A stretch of DNA of 64,000 bases from an uncultured bacterium (lineage in GTDB: Bacteria; Patescibacteriota; Saccharimonadia; UBA4664): contig CAVRET010000002.1 in NCBI GenBank assembly GCA_963720265.1, positions 71,602 through 135,601 on the forward strand. The letters are read 5' to 3'. The notes below the pieces were generated by a model. The model was not told the origin of the DNA and ran no database searches. It was given only the letters and a program-made list of their open reading frames with translations. The translations under genes and the position numbers were made by a program. Numbering within the stretch: the first letter of the stretch is position 1; each line of letters opens with the position of its first letter. This document shows positions 58,628-64,000 of this stretch, piece by piece.

Positions 58628-59521
58628 ATGTACTACTACGTCGTCAATCCAGCTGCGGGCCGCGGTCAAGTCAAGAACCTCCAAGATAAAATAAGAACTC
58701 GTCTCGACGAGCTCCAAATCCGCGGCGAGTGGGCTAAAACGACCGGGCCCGGAGACGCCACTCGCATGACCAAAGCCGCCGTTGCCAGCGGCAAGTACAC
58801 GACGATTGTTGCGGTCGGCGGCGACGATACCGTCAACGAAGTCATTAACGGTATCGACGAGCAAAATGTTGCGGTCGGCATCATTCCGATTGGAAATACT
58901 AATCGTGTCGCAACCCAGCTTGGAATTATCACCTGGCCACAAGCCTGCGAGGCCCTGGCAGCCCGCCGACTAACCGGTTACTCTCTGATTGCCGCCGGGC
59001 AAAAATTCTTTTTATCAACCCTCACGATCGGCTTTGAAACCGACCTCGACAAAACAGTCGACACCAGCGACCCCGGGTGGCGCGCCAGAACCAAACAGTT
59101 CACCGAGAGCTTCGGGCAGGCCAGACGATATCAAACCCTCCACTGTCGCATCGATGTTGATGGCGAGTACAAACTCGAGTCCGACTTTTTTACCCTCGGC
59201 ATTACGAATCAAAAGTTCCTCAATCCCCTAGCCGAAAACCGACTGATCGTGTCGATTAGCGACCATCCAGGACGAAGTCTGGGCCTCGGCCGATTCGTCT
59301 GGCAAACCCTGCGCAACCGCACTGGAGTTGTGTCTGACGCGCCCACCACCCGATTTCTGGCCGACCGCGTCGTTATCGACACCGAACCATCGACCGGCAT
59401 CACGGTCGACGGCAAAGTCGCCGGACGCACCCCAATCGCTATCCGACTGACCGACCGCCGCATTCGCTTCGTCACTGAAAAAATCGTGGCCGATTTCAAA
59501 GGCGCCGTCGCAACCAACTAA
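58628..59521 (+). CDS. diacylglycerol/lipid kinase catalytic-domain protein (YegS/DgkB-like)
   Basis: The DAGK_cat motif is IVAVGGDDTVNEVINGI...VGIIPIGNTN. Confidence 0.8.
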   Translation: MYYYVVNPAAGRGQVKNLQDKIRTRLDELQIRGEWAKTTGPGDATRMTKAAVASGKYTTIVAVGGDDTVNEVINGIDEQNVAVGIIPIGNTNRVATQLGIITWPQACEALAARRLTGYSLIAAGQKFFLSTLTIGFETDLDKTVDTSDPGWRARTKQFTESFGQARRYQTLHCRIDVDGEYKLESDFFTLGITNQKFLNPLAENRLIVSISDHPGRSLGLGRFVWQTLRNRTGVVSDAPTTRFLADRVVIDTEPSTGITVDGKVAGRTPIAIRLTDRRIRFVTEKIVADFKGAVATN

Positions 59522-59523
59522 CC

Positions 59524-60688
59524 CTGAACCACCCCACACTTCCTTGAGCTGCAACTAAAAAGACGACACACTGTTTTCTGTCCACTTCAAAACAAACAGG
59601 AAAACAAATATGTCGTCACCCAATATTGTACGGGGTATCCGTACTCGTATACAAAAGCAATTAATGCCCAGTGTGCCGAGCCGTTGGCGGACGCAGCTGT
59701 CGTTTGGCCTGCAGGCATACGGACTTAGAGCTTTCCAGAGCGCCAGTGGCAATGCCCGCATGGTAGTGGCCAACCCCCACACCGGTCTGCGTAAGGCAGA
59801 GCGCATGTTCCAAAACACCGCCTTTACCGACCAGCTCGGAGAGGTTTTTGACCAGCTGGCGCTCGTCAAACCACGCAGCTATGTAAATGTAGATCACTCG
59901 GACATGCATGGGCTCACAGCCTTGGTAGGTGCCGTACAAACCCGGAAGGGCAGATCCCTCCCTTGTATGGTTGAGACCACTTACGCTCACCATATTCCTG
60001 CCCACGAGAATGCCGCTCCGCACTGGAAGAAACTCAGAGCTGCCATGCAAGCGGCCCGCCGGCAGCAGTCTTTTACCGAGCATACCGTCACTAGCCTCCA
60101 AGCCATGGCTGACCGGCTCGGCTTCTGGCCCCGACTGGTCTTTGACCGCGGTTTTGGCAACCGGTCCATTGTGACGCATCTAGCAGCAGCAAACGCTACC
60201 TTCTATGTCCGCCTCAAGGCAGGGCGATATGTTGAATGTGACGGCGAGGTGACCGAGGTTAGTTCCTTAGTAGACCGGGATACCACGGTCCAGATATATG
60301 GACTGACTCTCCGGGTTATCCGCTCGCCCAAAAGCCGGCGTGCCAAAGAGTCCTGGTACATACTCACTAACGATTTCAGAAGCAGTCGAACTAAGATTAT
60401 CCGAATTTACTACCACCGATTCGAGATTGAAGAGACCTTTCGGGACATTAAACACATCTTTGAGTACAAACGCACCAGGTTAACCAAGCCGCATAACCTA
60501 AAGCTCATCTTGTGGCTGGTCAGCCTTGGCATTGCACTACTTTATCTGGAAACGAAGCCCACTAAACAAACCGTGACAAGCGCCAACCCCAAGAAGCAAA
60601 CGTCCTGGCTCCGCCAGGCCTACGAGCAACTGCAGCAGGCGTTAACCGAGCAGGTCTGGGGCGGGGTGTGAAGTGTGGGGTGGTTCAG
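59524..60688 (+). mobile_element. IS4-family (IS4/IS1634-like) insertion sequence with 19-bp perfect terminal inverted repeats and a 9-10 bp target-site duplication
   Basis: IRL is CTGAACCACCCCACACTTC at 59524-59542. IRR is its exact reverse complement at 60670-60688. The flanking direct repeats are CAACTAAACC at 59514-59523 and CAACTAACC at 60689-60697; the duplication includes the TAA stop of the upstream kinase gene. Confidence 0.8.
59610..60671 (+). CDS. IS4-family DDE transposase
   Basis: Candidate DDE residues lie in NVDHSD, VFDRGFGN and EIEETF. The C-terminal YHRFEIEETFRDIKHIF matches the Y-x2-R-x3-E-x6-K signature. Confidence 0.8.
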   Translation: MSSPNIVRGIRTRIQKQLMPSVPSRWRTQLSFGLQAYGLRAFQSASGNARMVVANPHTGLRKAERMFQNTAFTDQLGEVFDQLALVKPRSYVNVDHSDMHGLTALVGAVQTRKGRSLPCMVETTYAHHIPAHENAAPHWKKLRAAMQAARRQQSFTEHTVTSLQAMADRLGFWPRLVFDRGFGNRSIVTHLAAANATFYVRLKAGRYVECDGEVTEVSSLVDRDTTVQIYGLTLRVIRSPKSRRAKESWYILTNDFRSSRTKIIRIYYHRFEIEETFRDIKHIFEYKRTRLTKPHNLKLILWLVSLGIALLYLETKPTKQTVTSANPKKQTSWLRQAYEQLQQALTEQVWGGV

Positions 60689-60754
60689 CAACTAACCATT
60701 GACCCCTTAGCCTCAAACTGCTATAGTACGGTCGAGCTTTTAAGGAGAGGTCAG

Positions 60755-61309
60755 ATCAACAAAATCCGCTTGAACCGTGAGATTACCGCCCAAACTGTGC
60801 GTTTGGTTGATAGTGACGGTTCTCAGCTCGGCATCGTCAGCCTCAGAGAGGCGCTCGATGCGGCAGCCGAAGCGGACCTCGACCTGGCCGAAATCGCTCC
60901 TAGCGCCAACCCTCCGGTTGTAAAAATTCTGGACTGGGGTAAATATCGCTACGAGCAAACTAAGCAGCAGGCCAAAAACCGCAAGGCTCAAAAGCAAGTT
61001 GAAGTAAAGCAAGTCCGTCTTGGGCTGAAAATCGGTCAGCACGATCTTGATGTTAAGCTCGATCGCGTTCGCCGCTTTCTGTCTCAAGGCAATAAGGTCA
61101 AAATCAGCCTCCTCTTCCGAGGTCGCGAAATTACCCACCCAGACCTCGGCTATGCTATTCTAGCCAGGGTCATGGACCAGCTATCCGATGTTGCTACGCA
61201 AGAGCAGGCTCCGCAGCTCTCCGGCCGTGATTTAAATATGATTGTAGGATTAAGAAAAGATGCCAAAGCTCAAGACTCACAAAGGAATGGCGAAGCGGAT
61301 CAAGCTTAG
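60755..61309 (+). CDS. infC: translation initiation factor IF-3
   Basis: INKIRLNREITAQTVRLVDSDGSQLGIVSLREAL matches the IF-3 N-domain. The ORF track starts at 60668, inside the IS right end. The native start is more likely the non-AUG ATC at 60755, 6 nt after AGGAGA, as infC commonly uses AUU or AUC. Confidence 0.75.
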   Translation: MNKIRLNREITAQTVRLVDSDGSQLGIVSLREALDAAAEADLDLAEIAPSANPPVVKILDWGKYRYEQTKQQAKNRKAQKQVEVKQVRLGLKIGQHDLDVKLDRVRRFLSQGNKVKISLLFRGREITHPDLGYAILARVMDQLSDVATQEQAPQLSGRDLNMIVGLRKDAKAQDSQRNGEADQA

Positions 61310-61460
61310 CGCCAACGGCAAGCTCATGCGTCGCCGCGCCTTTCGCAACCACATGCTAACCAAAAAACAGGCTTCCACCAAGCGCGAATATGTGAAAGAG
61401 TTCGAGATTTCTAGCGGTGACGCAGCCAACGTTAGAGTTATGTTAGGGACGTACAAATGA
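61260..61460 (+). CDS. rpmI: 50S ribosomal protein L35
   Basis: [31 protein letters not shown]. Confidence 0.9.
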   Translation: MPKLKTHKGMAKRIKLSANGKLMRRRAFRNHMLTKKQASTKREYVKEFEISSGDAANVRVMLGTYK

Positions 61461-61804
61461 GAGTCAAGCGCGGAGTTACCAGCCACGCCAAGCACAACCG
61501 TCTGCGAGCCCAGACCAAAGGTTACAGTCTTGTCCGGCACTCAAGCGTACGGCAAGCCCGCCAGGCAGTCCTCAAGGCGCTCCAGTACCAATATCGCGAC
61601 CGGCGCAACAAAAAACGCGACCTGCGCTCACTTTGGATTACCCGTATCAATGCCGCTGTGCGACCCTTCGGCCTGTCCTACTCGACCTTCATGGGCGCGC
61701 TTAAAAAAGCCGGCATCAGCCTCGATCGCAAAATTCTAGCTGAGCTCGCCGTCAGCCAGCCCACAGCCTTTGAAGCTATCGTAAAGGCCTCAAAAGCCAA
61801 ATAA
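61457..61804 (+). CDS. rplT: 50S ribosomal protein L20
   Basis: [23 protein letters not shown]...[23 protein letters not shown]. Confidence 0.9.
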   Translation: MRVKRGVTSHAKHNRLRAQTKGYSLVRHSSVRQARQAVLKALQYQYRDRRNKKRDLRSLWITRINAAVRPFGLSYSTFMGALKKAGISLDRKILAELAVSQPTAFEAIVKASKAK

Positions 61805-61822
61805 CAATCTTATCGACGAACA

Positions 61823-61863
61823 CGCAGAGCCCCCATTAAAACATGGGGGCTCTGCGTTTGATA
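61823..61863 (+). terminator. rho-independent terminator after rplT
   Basis: CGCAGAGCCCCCA ttaaaaca TGGGGGCTCTGCG followed by TTTG. Confidence 0.6.
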
Positions 61864-61983
61864 GCGCGCTCGCACCATAAAATGAAGCTTATGACGATTA
61901 GATTTGGCAGCTTGGCTCTTTGAAGCTGCTCTAGGTCAACTTCGCTCAAAAACCGGTCTTCAGCTCGTCCGGGGTCATAGTAT

Positions 61984-63114
61984 TCATGACTGCCTCTTGG
62001 CTTCAAACTTCTTCCATTCAGCGTCCACAAACTCGCGCATGCGGAGTCGGAATACCTCGACATCAAATTCGCGTGCACGAGCCCGTATCTTATCATTGTC
62101 CAACTGCATACTCTCAAACCGCCTGACTGCAGCGATTAGCGCTTCCGGAGACTGCTCCTTAAACAACACTCCGGTCTCGCCGTCAGTCACATACTCGGGC
62201 GCCCCGCCGGCACTATAGGCAATTACCGGCGTACCTGCGGCCATCGCTTCAAGCGGAACAATGCCAAAATCCTCTTCCGGTGGGAATACAAAAGCCTTCG
62301 CGCCAGCCATCAAGCGATTACGCTCATCATCGGGCACCCAACCCAGAAACGAAATATTAACCTTTGCTCTAGCCTTGAGAGCAGCGAGCTCTTCGCCAAT
62401 TCCGACCACCTTAAGCTCAAGTCCCAATTCGTTGAACACATCAATTGCTAGATCAATGCGTTTACTCGCCACCTGTCTGGATACAATTACGTAATAATTT
62501 CCCCGAGTTCGTGGCGTTTTTAACAACGGTTGAGTAGAAACCGGCGGATATATTACGGCTGAATCTCGATGATAATAGCGTTTAATGCGCTTCTGGATAA
62601 AGGCCGAATTCGCTACGTACACATCAACGCCCTGAGCACCCTTATAGTCAACCCGGCGGAGAATACCGATCACCAGTGGGAAAACTATTCGTCCCAGCCA
62701 ATTAAAATAACCAAACGGCATATGTTCAAGCCGCCATTCGTAATCCGACCAATAATAGCGCACGGGCGTATGGCAGTAGCAGATGTGCAAAGTATTAGCT
62801 CCGGTCTTAACATACTTGGCTTCTGCCGCACACGACGAAATAACCAGATCGTATTCGCTCATATCAAGCGTCTTAAATGGTAATCCGAGAAAAATCGGGA
62901 AGAGCTGATGTTTATGCTTAAGCAAAGGAATCTTATCTAAAAACGTGGTACGAACGTCTGCCTTTGCAAACTCAGGAAACTTATCCGGAATGTAGGCAGC
63001 TGTGTATATCGGCGCTTCAGGCCACATTCGATGTAGTTCATACAACACAGTCTCCGCCCCACCTCTGGATACCAGCCAGTGATGGGCCAAAGCAACCCTA
63101 AGTTTAGGCATCAA
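61984..63114 (-). CDS. glycosyltransferase family 4
   Basis: The C-terminal GT-B motif is FVFPPEEDFGIVPLEAMAAGTPVIAYSAGGAPEYVTDGETGVLF. Confidence 0.8.
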   Translation of the reverse strand: MMPKLRVALAHHWLVSRGGAETVLYELHRMWPEAPIYTAAYIPDKFPEFAKADVRTTFLDKIPLLKHKHQLFPIFLGLPFKTLDMSEYDLVISSCAAEAKYVKTGANTLHICYCHTPVRYYWSDYEWRLEHMPFGYFNWLGRIVFPLVIGILRRVDYKGAQGVDVYVANSAFIQKRIKRYYHRDSAVIYPPVSTQPLLKTPRTRGNYYVIVSRQVASKRIDLAIDVFNELGLELKVVGIGEELAALKARAKVNISFLGWVPDDERNRLMAGAKAFVFPPEEDFGIVPLEAMAAGTPVIAYSAGGAPEYVTDGETGVLFKEQSPEALIAAVRRFESMQLDNDKIRARAREFDVEVFRLRMREFVDAEWKKFEAKRQS

Positions 63115-63887
63115 TAAGCTCCCTCATGCCGAAATATTGCCAGCACCGTCTTGAACAATATTTTTGCATCCAGCGTTAAGCTCCAATTCTCAACATAGTA
63201 GATGTCCAACTTCACCCGGTCCTCATAACTCAAGTCGCTACGACCTGATATTTGCCACAATCCTGTCGCGCCGGGCTTTAAGGCCAAGAAGCTTGCTCCG
63301 TGAGACCCATAATGCTCAAGCTCAGCCGGAACAATCGGACGCGGCCCCACCATACTCATATCACCAAACAGCACATTGAAAAGCTGTGGAAGCTCATCCA
63401 GGCTCAGTTTGCGTAAGAATCCTCCAAGCTTGCTCACGCGAGGATCGTTATCAAGTTTCTGTAGCTTGTCAAACTCCGGTATGAGCTCGGGCCGGCCCAT
63501 CGCTCGAAACGTATCAGCAGCAGTCTTGTACGGCCTGTCAGGGCCGTCGCAGTACTTCCATGCCATTGTACGAAACTTTAAGACATACAATTCTTTACCA
63601 TTCCTACTCAGACGGCGATGACGGTACAGAATAGGGCCGCTCGAATCAGCCAGTTTCTCGGCAATCGCAATGGCAACGAAGAGCGGTGACAGAATAATAA
63701 TGCCAAATGTTGCACCAACTACATCAAATATCCTTTTCACCACCCTACCCCAACCCTCCAGGGGTGTGAGTCTAAGCTCGATCATCGGCAAACCCGCCAG
63801 ACTCCCAAACGCGGCATTAGAGGCATACAGGCCAAACTGGTTCGCAACAAAGCGGTAGCCAATGTGCTCGTTTGTCGCATAGTTCAC
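63111..63887 (-). CDS. polyprenyl-phosphate sugar phosphotransferase (bacterial sugar transferase, WbaP/EpsL-like catalytic domain)
   Basis: Contains LDELPQLFNVLFGDMSMVGPRP and GLWQISGRSDLSYEDRVKLDIYYVENWSL. It overlaps the GT4 start by 4 nt, which suggests an operon. Confidence 0.8.
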   Translation of the reverse strand: MNYATNEHIGYRFVANQFGLYASNAAFGSLAGLPMIELRLTPLEGWGRVVKRIFDVVGATFGIIILSPLFVAIAIAEKLADSSGPILYRHRRLSRNGKELYVLKFRTMAWKYCDGPDRPYKTAADTFRAMGRPELIPEFDKLQKLDNDPRVSKLGGFLRKLSLDELPQLFNVLFGDMSMVGPRPIVPAELEHYGSHGASFLALKPGATGLWQISGRSDLSYEDRVKLDIYYVENWSLTLDAKILFKTVLAIFRHEGAY

Positions 63888-64000
63888 TATCGCCAGGATA
63901 TCGCCCTGCTCAAGCGCAGAATCAGCCTGAATAATGTCGTCGATCGGATATTTCCGCTTTAAGTGGGTTAGAGCCGACTCGAAGTCGTTATATACCGGCA

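Noticed and set aside
60668-60754. ORF-track start of infC at 60668
   Set aside because: That start lies within the IS right inverted repeat and encodes non-IF-3 sequence. IF-3 homology begins near 60755, where an AGGAGA RBS precedes an ATC codon.

Overview
This 64-kb window looks like a small, wall-enclosed, Gram-positive-like bacterial genome, possibly CPR/Saccharibacteria-like. That taxonomic placement is inference only; it rests on the reduced core gene set, the many surface and glycosylation genes, and roughly 55-58% GC. Core genes are gyrB-gyrA, pheS-pheT, trpS, argS, smpB, ssrA (tmRNA), infC-rpmI-rplT, rmuC and a UvrD/AddA-like helicase-nuclease. Envelope and surface genes are abundant: four GT4 glycosyltransferases, a GT39/PMT-like mannosyltransferase, an LCP protein, an L,D-transpeptidase, a CHAP hydrolase, a sugar phosphotransferase, a PilB/GspE ATPase, bactofilin, an LPXTG PKD/DUF11 surface protein, and a family of secreted Asn/Thr/Gly-rich repeat proteins. 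Three mobile or accessory regions stand out. The first is a low-GC island at about 24.4-32.6 kb. It carries an IS200-like tnpA with hairpin ends, a MarR regulator, a vapBC cassette bounded by ~32-bp direct repeats, a T5orf172 protein, a Replic_Relax protein and a large serine recombinase whose ORF abuts tRNA-Pro(CGG). The second is an IS4-family element with 19-bp terminal inverted repeats and a 9-10 bp target duplication, inserted between the diacylglycerol kinase gene and infC. The third is a comM gene remnant. The most unusual items are: a 1601-aa TM/FtsK-HerA-TraG-like ATPase with an ~850-aa proline-rich tail; a wHTH regulator fused to a catalytically degenerate D-2-hydroxyacid dehydrogenase fold, sitting beside a canonical paralog and a 28-bp perfect palindrome; a GC-rich structured island in a ~700-bp AT-rich intergenic region upstream of the pheST operon that I could not assign to a known RNA family; and an in-frame fusion of two secreted-protein modules with an internal RBS and start. 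All coordinates derived by hand (adjusted starts, RNA ends, repeats) may be off by 1-3 nt.
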